Both the position numbers and the translations under genes were made by a program. A DNA stretch of 64,000 bases. It comes from a virus (lineage: Duplodnaviria > Heunggongvirae > Uroviricota > Caudoviricetes). The stretch's first letter is position 1; each line of letters begins with the position of its first letter. The notes under the pieces were generated by a model. That model had not been told where the DNA came from. It was given only the letters and a program-made list of their open reading frames with translations, and searched no databases. This document shows positions 25,666 through 33,837 of the stretch, in pieces. The stretch is from the IMG/VR virus record IMGVR_UViG_3300035184_001394, positions 1-64,000 of that record; one strand, 5' to 3'.

Positions 25666-27492
25666 TTATTCCTCGAACATAAACTCTTTACGTAATCCAG
25701 CATCTTTACCAAACATCATTTCAAAATATTTAGCATCATCAACAGTGACAGTATCGTATACAGGTTTGTTAATAATGGTATCATACTCTTGTTCGTTAAG
25801 ACTTCCCAAGCCTTTGATATACCTATGATACCAACTCTTAGATTCTGTTTTGAAATCATTTGCTTCCTCGTATGTATAGAACCACTTGACTTCGTTTTTA
25901 ATTGTTGAAATCATAATCGGTGTTCTTGTAATTTTAACTCTATGTTCAGTTAAAAGTCTTGGCCAGAATTTGTAGAAGAATGTAATAAGAAGTGGGCAAA
26001 TATGTCCAATTCCATCATGATCGGCGTCTGTTAGTATTGCAATATTTTTGTATGTCATATTGACAACACTATTTGGATCGTTTATATCAAGACCTAGTAT
26101 AGCTGTTAATTCGCTAAGTTCTTTATTCTTTAATACGTCAGCAGGTTTCATATCCCAAGTATTCATGATAACACCACGAAGAGGATAAGCACCGACTTTG
26201 TTTGCATCGCGTACTTTAAGTAAGAAACCCATTGCAGAATCGCCTTCTACAATCTTTAAAGTTGCATCAGATCTGTTTGCAGATATGTGTTTTGCAACTT
26301 TAATTTTCTTTAATTTCTTTTGAGCCATCGTTGCAGCTCGTCTATCAGCAGCTATTTTTTTAGCTAATTGAGCTTCAATTATAGGATCGATAATTTCTGG
26401 AGTATCCATGATTTTACGAGCATAATAAGCATGATCTTTAGCACTAGTAGTAGCAAAATGATTTCTTACATCAGACATAGAATTAGTTAGACGTTCTTTT
26501 GTTTGGCTGTCAAATTTTGGATTTGTAAAGTTACGAGCAAATAATACGAAAGTTATTCCAGCTTTAATAGTGGTTTTAACGACTTCTATTTTATGTTTTC
26601 TTTTGACTAATTTGACTAGCTCATCAACAACACCGTTCATCACATAATCTATGTATGTTCCGCCTTGTCTAGTATTCACTCCGTTTATATAACTTGTTGT
26701 CCGGAAACCATCTTCAGAAGGACCAAAGAAAAACGATAAATTATCATCTTTCTCAACAATATTATTATTACTAAACATTTCAGAATATTTCTTAAGGTTA
26801 CTAACTTTAATTCGTTTCTTATTGAATGAAAAAGCAATCTCAGGAAACGCCATTTGTAATCCAATTAATCGGTCTTCGATTAACTCAACAGTATCTAAGT
26901 CTTGTAAGTTGTCGACTTCAAACAAGCTAAAGTCTGCAGTAAAAGCAACTTCAGTTCCATTGCCTTCTTTTTGATATTCGCTGACTTTAAGTTCTTCACC
27001 ACCATCTTTACAATCAACTTCGATCATTTTTCCATTTGACCAAGTTCTTCCTAAAAATTTAGATGAAAGGAAATTAGTTGCAGAGGAACCAACTCCGTTG
27101 GTTCCTATAGTGACTCGATTGTCATCGAAACTTGTACCTGCATTGACTTTTGTCCAAGCAGCAACAGGTCTATAGATGTTAGCTCCCGTGACCTCGTCAT
27201 ATATCTCGTCTTGCGGTATACCTCTACCGTTATCAGAAACAGTTACAGAATCACCATCAACAGAAACATTAATTTTGTTTCCATATTTGAAGTTTGTTCT
27301 AATTGCCTCATCAATTGAATTATCAAGAATTTCATCAACCATTTTAGATAAAGCAGGAACATACAAAGTTTTTTTCCAAGTACCTAGAACAAATCTTTCG
27401 ACTTCTTCTTTAGAACTCGAACCCATATACATACCGATACGAGCACGAATGTGCTGCCGCGGTGTTAAAATCTTAAATTCTTCACTCATCAT
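25666..27492 (-). CDS. 39: gp39 DNA topoisomerase II large subunit (GyrB-like ATPase plus Toprim; covers the T4 gp39+gp60 equivalent)
   Basis: GHKL ATPase motifs (DNGRGIP, GTNGVGSSA) and Toprim (KIVEGDSAMG, DADHDG). 608 aa. Confidence 0.9.
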   Translation of the reverse strand: MMSEEFKILTPRQHIRARIGMYMGSSSKEEVERFVLGTWKKTLYVPALSKMVDEILDNSIDEAIRTNFKYGNKINVSVDGDSVTVSDNGRGIPQDEIYDEVTGANIYRPVAAWTKVNAGTSFDDNRVTIGTNGVGSSATNFLSSKFLGRTWSNGKMIEVDCKDGGEELKVSEYQKEGNGTEVAFTADFSLFEVDNLQDLDTVELIEDRLIGLQMAFPEIAFSFNKKRIKVSNLKKYSEMFSNNNIVEKDDNLSFFFGPSEDGFRTTSYINGVNTRQGGTYIDYVMNGVVDELVKLVKRKHKIEVVKTTIKAGITFVLFARNFTNPKFDSQTKERLTNSMSDVRNHFATTSAKDHAYYARKIMDTPEIIDPIIEAQLAKKIAADRRAATMAQKKLKKIKVAKHISANRSDATLKIVEGDSAMGFLLKVRDANKVGAYPLRGVIMNTWDMKPADVLKNKELSELTAILGLDINDPNSVVNMTYKNIAILTDADHDGIGHICPLLITFFYKFWPRLLTEHRVKITRTPIMISTIKNEVKWFYTYEEANDFKTESKSWYHRYIKGLGSLNEQEYDTIINKPVYDTVTVDDAKYFEMMFGKDAGLRKEFMFEE

Positions 27493-27517
27493 TTATCCTT
27501 TATCAGTTTATGTAACT

Positions 27518-27546
27518 ATTATATCATAGCGAGAACGAAATGTTAA
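27518..27546 (-). promoter_or_regulatory. early promoter plus leader (minus strand) upstream of gene 39
   Basis: rc TTAACA, 17 nt, TATAAT, AGTTACATAAACTGATAAAGG. Confidence 0.45.
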
Positions 27547-27644
27547 CGTTTATTTAAATATAATTTGTTATTAATCTTTTGACTGACATCTTATTATTTC
27601 AAATATATATTTATCGTCAGTTTCGTGATGTCCACCTGTGCTTC

Positions 27645-27908
27645 CTACCATTTCAATCGGCCCAGATGTACTATTATAAATTCTAAATTCTGACCCAACT
27701 TGCGATGCGCTAAATTCATATTGTGGATATATTCCAGTACATTTAATATATTTACCCTAACACCTTTCATTTTTGGATTTATAATATAGTGTTTTTTCTC
27801 ACTGAGATTATATTCTCTACAAAATACTTTTTGATAGTTAGTTATAATCTCGTTAAATGTACCTATAAATCCTACAGAACTTGGTTGCTTTATCATTTTA
27901 CTTCTCAT
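27645..27908 (-). CDS. hypothetical protein (87 aa), possibly truncated by a frameshift
   Basis: The ORF stops at 27645. A second short frame (MVGSTGGHHETDDKYIFEIIRCQSKD) continues to about 27568. Confidence 0.3.
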   Translation of the reverse strand: MRSKMIKQPSSVGFIGTFNEIITNYQKVFCREYNLSEKKHYIINPKMKGVRVNILNVLEYIHNMNLAHRKLGQNLEFIIVHLGRLKW

Positions 27909-27922
27909 TTTAAATAAAAATA

Positions 27923-28465
27923 TTACATATCCAACATTTTCTCAACTTGTTCAATAGTTTTGTTTAGACTTTCTTCATCATTAGTATCAATATAAACCAT
28001 TGCACCAGATTTGCGTTTCATTACTCTAATTTTAATTCCTGTTTTTGCATTGTGTAATTTTTTCTTGATTTCAGCACCCATCTCATCACTTGTTGTAATT
28101 ATAGCTCTTGTATCAGATTTAATATCTACTATTGGTTTAGGTTGTTTAGGAGCAAACGCAGCTGCGTTTGCTTTAGTCCATTTTTCTATTTGTGCTGCCA
28201 AATCAGCAAGTGTATTATCTTTACGTATAGTACCCATTGTTGAGTCAGTTTTACTGTTAACAAAGTCTGCATCATCTATATACGAAGTTTTCATTGCTTT
28301 TTTAGCATCATCACTTAATATTTTAATAAGTGCTTTTTTGATTTGTCTAGGATCAAATTGCAATGTTTGCCGTTGAACGTCTGGGTCAAGGCGACTTCTA
28401 TCCATTTTTATTAAAACTGAGTTTGGTTTAATTGATTCGTTTATGTAACTTTTAAATGATTTCAT
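27923..28465 (-). CDS. hypothetical protein (180 aa), first gene of the minus-strand early block
   Basis: Complete ORF with promoter 28488-28516. Confidence 0.5.
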   Translation of the reverse strand: MKSFKSYINESIKPNSVLIKMDRSRLDPDVQRQTLQFDPRQIKKALIKILSDDAKKAMKTSYIDDADFVNSKTDSTMGTIRKDNTLADLAAQIEKWTKANAAAFAPKQPKPIVDIKSDTRAIITTSDEMGAEIKKKLHNAKTGIKIRVMKRKSGAMVYIDTNDEESLNKTIEQVEKMLDM

Positions 28466-28487
28466 GTTTATTCCTTTTTATGAGTTT

Positions 28488-28516
28488 ATTATAAACTCGT
28501 TTAAATTAAATGTCAA
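28488..28516 (-). promoter_or_regulatory. early promoter (minus strand) at the divergent hub
   Basis: rc TATTGACATTT, 17 nt, TATAAT. Confidence 0.5.
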
Positions 28517-28594
28517 TATTAAAAATATTTATTTACATCGTTATTAAATTGTGTTATAATAAGTTTATCGGTTATTATTTATAACAATTATTTA

Positions 28595-28625
28595 TTGACA
28601 TTTAGTTAAAATATGTTATTATAGT
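28595..28625 (+). promoter_or_regulatory. early promoter (plus strand) at the divergent hub
   Basis: TTGACA, 16-19 nt, TATTAT/TATAGT, then AAGGAA SD and ATG 28654. Confidence 0.45.
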
Positions 28626-28653
28626 ATTATCAAATAAGTTAAGGAAATAAATT

Positions 28654-29007
28654 ATGAAAGTGCTTGATCTTAAAATAGATAGTTTGTATAAATTTAAATA
28701 TGATGAAAATATATTTAGATATGTTGGTTATAACTTGAGTGGTAATGGTGTCTGGCATCAGTTTACAAAAGATGTCAATCACGATGTTTGTGTTGAATTG
28801 TTAGATTCTGATATTGAGCTTATTGAACCATATTACGATAGTGTTTCAATTGGTACTAGAACTAGTACAAGAGAATATTTCGTATTCAAAAATGATCAGC
28901 AACATATGAAAAAAGAAAATCAAAACTTTGATACTTATATAAGCATGCATAAACCAAAGTGGCCTGTTCCTCGAAAAAATAAAAAAGCTCGATTTGCTAA
29001 AGGTTAA
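28654..29007 (+). CDS. hypothetical protein (117 aa)
   Basis: First plus-strand early gene. Confidence 0.5.
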   Translation: MKVLDLKIDSLYKFKYDENIFRYVGYNLSGNGVWHQFTKDVNHDVCVELLDSDIELIEPYYDSVSIGTRTSTREYFVFKNDQQHMKKENQNFDTYISMHKPKWPVPRKNKKARFAKG

Positions 29008-29038
29008 ATTTAAAATTTTACTAACTGGGATTAAATAA

Positions 29039-29212
29039 ATGAATTATAAATTGGGATCTACTGTTCAAACAGGAGAAAAAATAAAAACATCTAAAGGATG
29101 GAGAAAAATCATAAGTGTGTTAGAGACGGGTGTAACTATTAAAGGTGATTTTATCTCATTTGGCGAAACTATATATGGATGGAAAGCAAAGCATATTGCT
29201 TCTAAGAAATAG
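29039..29212 (+). CDS. hypothetical small protein (57 aa)
   Basis: MNYKLGSTVQTGEKIKTSKGWRKII... with weak SD. Not in ORF track. Confidence 0.3.
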   Translation: MNYKLGSTVQTGEKIKTSKGWRKIISVLETGVTIKGDFISFGETIYGWKAKHIASKK

Positions 29213-29226
29213 CATTATCTATTAAT

Positions 29227-29550
29227 TTACCATTTTTCTTTGTCAGCCCAATATGCGCCAGACATTTTACCTTTTTTTATATTCTTAGCGTGTCTGGCTT
29301 TGAATGATTTACGCTTTGCTTTCATATTATCAGATTCACCTTTTTTAGGTTCTCCTGCAGTTGAAGAACCTTGCTCACCAAAGCGTATTGTTTTGATTTT
29401 ATCGCCTTCTTTGGCTACAACAATATGACTCTTGGTTGGATGACTTGGTGTTTTCTTTGGTTTATTATAACCTTTTACTCCAGCCCTTTTTAATCGAGAA
29501 TCATTTTCTTCAGTGATGCATTCTGTAATAAATGCAGCGAAAGTTTTCAT
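29227..29550 (-). CDS. hypothetical basic protein (107 aa), minus strand within the plus block
   Basis: AGGAA SD 5 nt upstream. Lys-rich. Confidence 0.45.
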   Translation of the reverse strand: MKTFAAFITECITEENDSRLKRAGVKGYNKPKKTPSHPTKSHIVVAKEGDKIKTIRFGEQGSSTAGEPKKGESDNMKAKRKSFKARHAKNIKKGKMSGAYWADKEKW

Positions 29551-29687
29551 TTGTATTCCTTTGTATGTAATATTATATGTTCTTATTATACAGCTATCTT
29601 ATTTATAATAGTTAATATGTGTGATCTTTAAACACACTCATCGAAGCTTATAAATGTTAATAAAGTCTTATATGATTAAAATAAACG

Positions 29688-29716
29688 TTGACATTAACAT
29701 TCAACTGTTGTATAAT
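29688..29716 (+). promoter_or_regulatory. early promoter P1 (plus), upstream member of a tandem promoter pair
   Basis: ATTAAAATAAACGTTGACATT...17 nt...TATAAT. Confidence 0.5.
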
Positions 29717-29788
29717 GGATATATAATCGATAATAATACTATATGTTTAAACGATGCAAGTAGGTACTTGATATAATTAAAATAAACG

Positions 29789-29816
29789 TTGACATTTATT
29801 TTTATTGTGTTATAAT
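29789..29816 (+). promoter_or_regulatory. early promoter P2 (plus), downstream member of the tandem pair
   Basis: The same 21-nt -35 context (ATTAAAATAAACGTTGACATT) is repeated 101 nt downstream. TATAAT, AGGAA and ATG 29846 follow. Confidence 0.5.
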
Positions 29817-29845
29817 AGTCTCGTAAATTTATTAGGAATTAACTC

Positions 29846-30589
29846 ATGCTTATTTTAAGTAAAACCCACGATTATTATGATTGCGTGTCGCAACACGGTA
29901 TCGACAAAACTATTATCTATAAGAGAAAAGATTCTGAAATAGAATTTAACTCAAATGAATTAAATTTTAAAATACATGATGTTTATCGAGATAGATGTTC
30001 TAGTGTATTAACTGTACGTTTATATTATATCTATTTTTGTGGTAAATTTTACCCAGGAGCTAAAATATCATGGTCACGCGACAGTCCATCTTTAGCAAAT
30101 AATTATAATATGAAAGATCCAGTTTATCATTGCTATTCAATGTATGAATACTTAGCTATCGTTGATCTATATAATAATACACATAATTATAATCAGTTTA
30201 AGATCTTAAAAGATTCAAAAAGAACTGCATATGTTAGCGCGCTTCGTTCACATAAAAAAATGAATTCATTCTTTTCTGATGAAGTAAAAATATCGCATGA
30301 TTTGATTCATAAAATTGGAACTCCAGTTGGCATGGTTGGTATGCGCATACCACGCCCTTTAAATAGTAATATTAAGTCAAATAACATTATTTTTTATAAA
30401 GACATAAATCTAAAGCAATTTGAGTTTTTTAGAGTTAAAGACACTTATATTGCGTTTAGTGAAATTGCTCAATTTATATCTGGTGTGCTTGGTGGTAACA
30501 GTCCACCTCTTATTGAAATAGAAGATAAACACAGAATCACTGGTCGCGGTTTTGACAATATGAGTTTTCGAAAACGCAAAGTAATATAA
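29846..30589 (+). CDS. hypothetical protein (247 aa)
   Basis: Complete ORF. No motif recognised. Confidence 0.55.
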   Translation: MLILSKTHDYYDCVSQHGIDKTIIYKRKDSEIEFNSNELNFKIHDVYRDRCSSVLTVRLYYIYFCGKFYPGAKISWSRDSPSLANNYNMKDPVYHCYSMYEYLAIVDLYNNTHNYNQFKILKDSKRTAYVSALRSHKKMNSFFSDEVKISHDLIHKIGTPVGMVGMRIPRPLNSNIKSNNIIFYKDINLKQFEFFRVKDTYIAFSEIAQFISGVLGGNSPPLIEIEDKHRITGRGFDNMSFRKRKVI

Positions 30590-30669
30590 AAAAATTATTG
30601 ACACCCATTTTTTATTATATTACAGTAGTCTTGTAAATTAATAAAACAACTTGAATTAGGAAATACACA

Positions 30670-30921
30670 ATGTTTAATTTTACACTAGGTAACGACAAGT
30701 TTTTAATAGAAATTAATTACATTTCAGGTATACAGAAGCGCTTTTGGGTATACAGTTTTAATATGAGTAATGGAAATGTAAATAATTGCAACTATGTCTC
30801 TGACTTAAACAGACCAATAGATATTTTTGCTGGTGATAAATACGAAAATAAAATAGAATCAATATATCAAATTGGTTATAAACGCGGCCTATTAAGTTTT
30901 TTAAAAGGGAAAAATAAATGA
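30670..30921 (+). CDS. hypothetical protein (83 aa)
   Basis: AGGAA SD. Overlaps the next gene start (ATGA). Confidence 0.45.
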   Translation: MFNFTLGNDKFLIEINYISGIQKRFWVYSFNMSNGNVNNCNYVSDLNRPIDIFAGDKYENKIESIYQIGYKRGLLSFLKGKNK

Positions 30922-31403
30922 GTAATGATTTAGTAAAAGACATTAGTGAAATGCACCAAAAGTTTGGTGTAAACGACTGGTTTGAAAAGAATAAACACGA
31001 CAAAGTATTAATGAAAGAATTCCTTAGATTCCGTATTAACATGTGTCTTGAAGAATTGCTTGAAACAGCAACTGCAGCCAACTTAGTGCTACATACTGAT
31101 ATTCAAGAAGGTCTAGTGTTTAAAGAATCTCAAAACAACGATTTGTGTATTGATTCTGAAGAAGTAGTAGATGGCTTAATCGATCTTTCTGTGTTCGCTA
31201 TTGGTACATTAGACGTGTTTAATGCTGATGCAAACAAAGCTTGGGATGCTGTATACGATGCGAATATGGTTAAAGAATCTGGTGTTAAACCTGGTCGCCC
31301 AAATAAATGGGGTCTTCCTGATATGATAAAACCGAAAATGGAAACACATGGCTACGACTGGGTAGCTCCATCTCATGAAGGTAATCACGGAGATTTTAAA
31401 TGA
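30918..31403 (+). CDS. MazG-like all-alpha nucleoside triphosphate pyrophosphohydrolase (candidate dCTPase, gp56 analogue)
   Basis: LEELLETATAANLV...VVDGLIDLSVFAIGTLDVF...NKAWDAVYDANMVK shows the MazG/NTP-PPase helix pattern. Confidence 0.55.
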   Translation: MSNDLVKDISEMHQKFGVNDWFEKNKHDKVLMKEFLRFRINMCLEELLETATAANLVLHTDIQEGLVFKESQNNDLCIDSEEVVDGLIDLSVFAIGTLDVFNADANKAWDAVYDANMVKESGVKPGRPNKWGLPDMIKPKMETHGYDWVAPSHEGNHGDFK

Positions 31404-31600
31404 GAAAGGAAATTATAGAAACACTAAAATCTCATGCTATTGGCCATATCAATAAACATAAGATGAACGTCGAGATTTACCTCGCAAACCCAGTTGGTAT
31501 CGGTGAGCATTCAGACGTCATTGAAACTATTGAACTAGAACTTAAACAAATTGCAGAGTATCAAGATCAACTCGAAGTTTTAGAAAAATACTTTAGTTAA
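31400..31600 (+). CDS. hypothetical protein (66 aa)
   Basis: Translationally coupled (ATGA overlap). Confidence 0.4.
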   Translation: MRKEIIETLKSHAIGHINKHKMNVEIYLANPVGIGEHSDVIETIELELKQIAEYQDQLEVLEKYFS

Positions 31601-31609
31601 AAATAACAA

Positions 31610-31638
31610 TTGACATTCCTTTTATTTTAATATATAAT
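31610..31638 (+). promoter_or_regulatory. early promoter (plus)
   Basis: TTGACA, 17 nt, TATAAT. Confidence 0.5.
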
Positions 31639-31681
31639 AGTTGTATATTAATTTAGAAGGTTTTCTAGTACAGGAGTTTAA

Positions 31682-32101
31682 ATGAAATACGATAACGGTA
31701 AAACAGATTTATCATTGATACCACCAGAAGTCTTAGTTGACATTGCGTGTGTATTAGGCTTTGGTGCAAAGAAATATGGTAGGGATAATCACCGCTTTGA
31801 TGCTGGAGAAACTGAATGGAGTAGAGTATATGCTTCAGCCCAACGCCACTTGCATGATTTTTGGTCAGGTGAAGATTTTGACCCAGAATCTGGTCAGAAA
31901 CATATAACACACGCAATTACCCAATTGATTATTCTTGCAACTGCAATTAACGATGGCCATACGAATATGGATGACCGGTTTTTTACAAAATTAAAACAGT
32001 TAAGCACTACAGAAAAACCAAAACCCGACAGTCTCTTAGATACTAAAGCAACTAAACATGCACCCTATGTATATTTAAAGTCTCGGGAGATTATTGAATA
32101 A
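31682..32101 (+). CDS. dNTP pyrophosphohydrolase of the MazZ / dATP-dGTP diphosphohydrolase N-domain type (DUF5664-like)
   Basis: MKYDNGKTDLSLIPPEVLVDIACVLGFGAKKYGRDN...WSRVYASAQRHLHDFWSGEDFDPESGQKHITHAITQLIIL matches the family consensus (KYD.GK...LIPPEAL..LA.VLTFGA.KY...W....W.R...A..RHL..........D.ESG..HLAHA). Confidence 0.6.
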   Translation: MKYDNGKTDLSLIPPEVLVDIACVLGFGAKKYGRDNHRFDAGETEWSRVYASAQRHLHDFWSGEDFDPESGQKHITHAITQLIILATAINDGHTNMDDRFFTKLKQLSTTEKPKPDSLLDTKATKHAPYVYLKSREIIE

Positions 32102-32850
32102 TGATAGTTGAAGATATACGTAAATACTTTAAAGAAGAACTTGCTGCAGAACGTTTCACTATTGATAAAACTGGTGCTAAAACGATCGAGTTGTTAGGTG
32201 CTAGCTTTATTGCTGATGAACCTGCTATTTTTGGTATTCCTAATCAAGAATATATTGATGCTGAAATAAAATGGTACAATAGTTGTTCTACTAATATTAA
32301 TACATTAGAAAAAATTTATGGTAAGAAACCAGCTGCGTGGGCTTACTCAGCAAATTCTTATGGCGAAATCAATTCGAATTATGGTCATCTTTTGTTTGAA
32401 CCAAAGTACTATAATCAATTTGAAAATGCTGTAAAAGAACTAATCAATAACCCTGATAGTAGACGTGCTCAACTAACATACACTAGACCTTCTGTATGGG
32501 TTGATTTTAACGAAAGCGGCAAAAACGATTTCATATGTACTTTAGGTCAACTGTTTTATATACGTGATAATAAATTACATATGGTAAGCATGATGCGAAG
32601 CAACGACTCTTGGGCTGGTTATCGCAATGATTATGCTTGGGCTAAATATCTTATGGAACTCGCTGTTAACGAATACAATGTTGGATGTGAAAATACTCCT
32701 ATTGCTATTGGTAATCTGTATTGGCAAGTAGCCAATATGCACATATATGAAAGAAATTTCTATTTAGTTGATTATTATTCAAAAACAGGTAAATTTCATA
32801 TTTCTAAACCCGACTATGCTGCAAAATATCCGAATAGTCAATATAATTAA
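32101..32850 (+). CDS. 42: gp42 deoxycytidylate 5-hydroxymethyltransferase
   Basis: Nearly collinear with T4 gp42: VDKTGAKTIELLGASFIADEP, GEINSNYG, NPDSRRAQLTYTRPS, MRSNDSWAGYRNDYAW (Asp retained, so cytosine-specific), HIYERNFYLVDYY, HISK.DY..KY. Confidence 0.9.
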   Translation: MIVEDIRKYFKEELAAERFTIDKTGAKTIELLGASFIADEPAIFGIPNQEYIDAEIKWYNSCSTNINTLEKIYGKKPAAWAYSANSYGEINSNYGHLLFEPKYYNQFENAVKELINNPDSRRAQLTYTRPSVWVDFNESGKNDFICTLGQLFYIRDNKLHMVSMMRSNDSWAGYRNDYAWAKYLMELAVNEYNVGCENTPIAIGNLYWQVANMHIYERNFYLVDYYSKTGKFHISKPDYAAKYPNSQYN

Positions 32851-32853
32851 CTG

Positions 32854-32882
32854 TTGACATTTCGGTTTAAGCTTGTTATAAT
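32854..32882 (+). promoter_or_regulatory. early promoter plus leader (plus)
   Basis: GTTGACATTT, 17 nt, TATAAT, AGTTACATAAATTTATTAGGAA ATG. Confidence 0.5.
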
Positions 32883-32911
32883 AGTTACATAAATTTATTA
32901 GGAAATATATT

Positions 32912-33364
32912 ATGTGTGATAAGTGGCATAAACGTTACCTTCATTTAGCAAAGAATATTGCTTCATGGAGCAGAGATCCTTCTCGTAAAATCGGAGCAGT
33001 TGCTATTGGTTCTAAAGGTCAGGTATTAGCTCAAGGTTTCAATGGATTCCCTCGGGGTATTCGAGATACTGAAGAAAGATATAATGACCGCGAGACTAAG
33101 TATAAATATGTCGTACACGCTGAAATGAACTGTATATATAACGCTACGTATAGTGGTGTTAGCCTTGATGGTAGTTCATTATATGTGCATGGTTTACCAG
33201 TTTGTTCTGAATGCGCTAAAGGTATTATTCAAACTGGAATCAAAGAAGTATTTTGGTCTGCTGATGAAGAAATACCAGTAAGATGGTGTGATGCTTATAA
33301 GATAACAAAGAATATGCTTCTAGAAGCTGGCATAAATATAACATATGTAAACATAGGAGAATAA
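32912..33364 (+). CDS. cd: dCMP deaminase
   Basis: Zinc-binding HAEMNC...PCSECAK motifs. Confidence 0.85.
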   Translation: MCDKWHKRYLHLAKNIASWSRDPSRKIGAVAIGSKGQVLAQGFNGFPRGIRDTEERYNDRETKYKYVVHAEMNCIYNATYSGVSLDGSSLYVHGLPVCSECAKGIIQTGIKEVFWSADEEIPVRWCDAYKITKNMLLEAGINITYVNIGE

Positions 33365-33367
33365 AAA

Positions 33368-33730
33368 TTGGAAGATGATTTATTACCAACAATAAGTGCG
33401 GTTATATTACTACCAGAGAGTAGATCTGACGTAACAAGATATGTGTTGATTGGAGATTTTAAATATGCTGGATTTGAAGTTCCAAGTGGGTTTGTGACTG
33501 ACGGTTTGACTATACCAAGGATATTTTGGAGCATACTACCACCCATTCACAGATACTTTCCTGCAGCCATAATTCATGATTATCTATTAACACAAGTATC
33601 TCGCGTAGAAGCTGACAGAGAGTTTAAGATTGTACTGAAAAAGCTAAATATATCTAGAGTGCGTAGATTTTTAATGGCTGCCGCAGTAAGATTATATTCA
33701 ACAATACTAAAAATATTAAATAAAAGTTGA
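33368..33730 (+). CDS. DUF1353 family protein (TTG start)
   Basis: FVTDGLTIPRIFWSILPP...AAIIHDYLL matches the DUF1353 signature. AGGAGA SD 8 nt before TTG. Confidence 0.6.
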   Translation: MEDDLLPTISAVILLPESRSDVTRYVLIGDFKYAGFEVPSGFVTDGLTIPRIFWSILPPIHRYFPAAIIHDYLLTQVSRVEADREFKIVLKKLNISRVRRFLMAAAVRLYSTILKILNKS

Positions 33731-33755
33731 CATTATAATCAACTTGTGATATAGT
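33727..33755 (+). promoter_or_regulatory. early promoter (plus) with an unusually long (about 80 nt) leader before the MIPS gene
   Basis: TTGACA, 17 nt, TATAGT. Confidence 0.45.
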
Positions 33756-33837
33756 AGTATCAATTAAACAACTGTGGGCTACTCTGCTTAAACCCAGCCA
33801 ATCCCACATTAATAAACTGAAATAATAGAGGAAGAAA

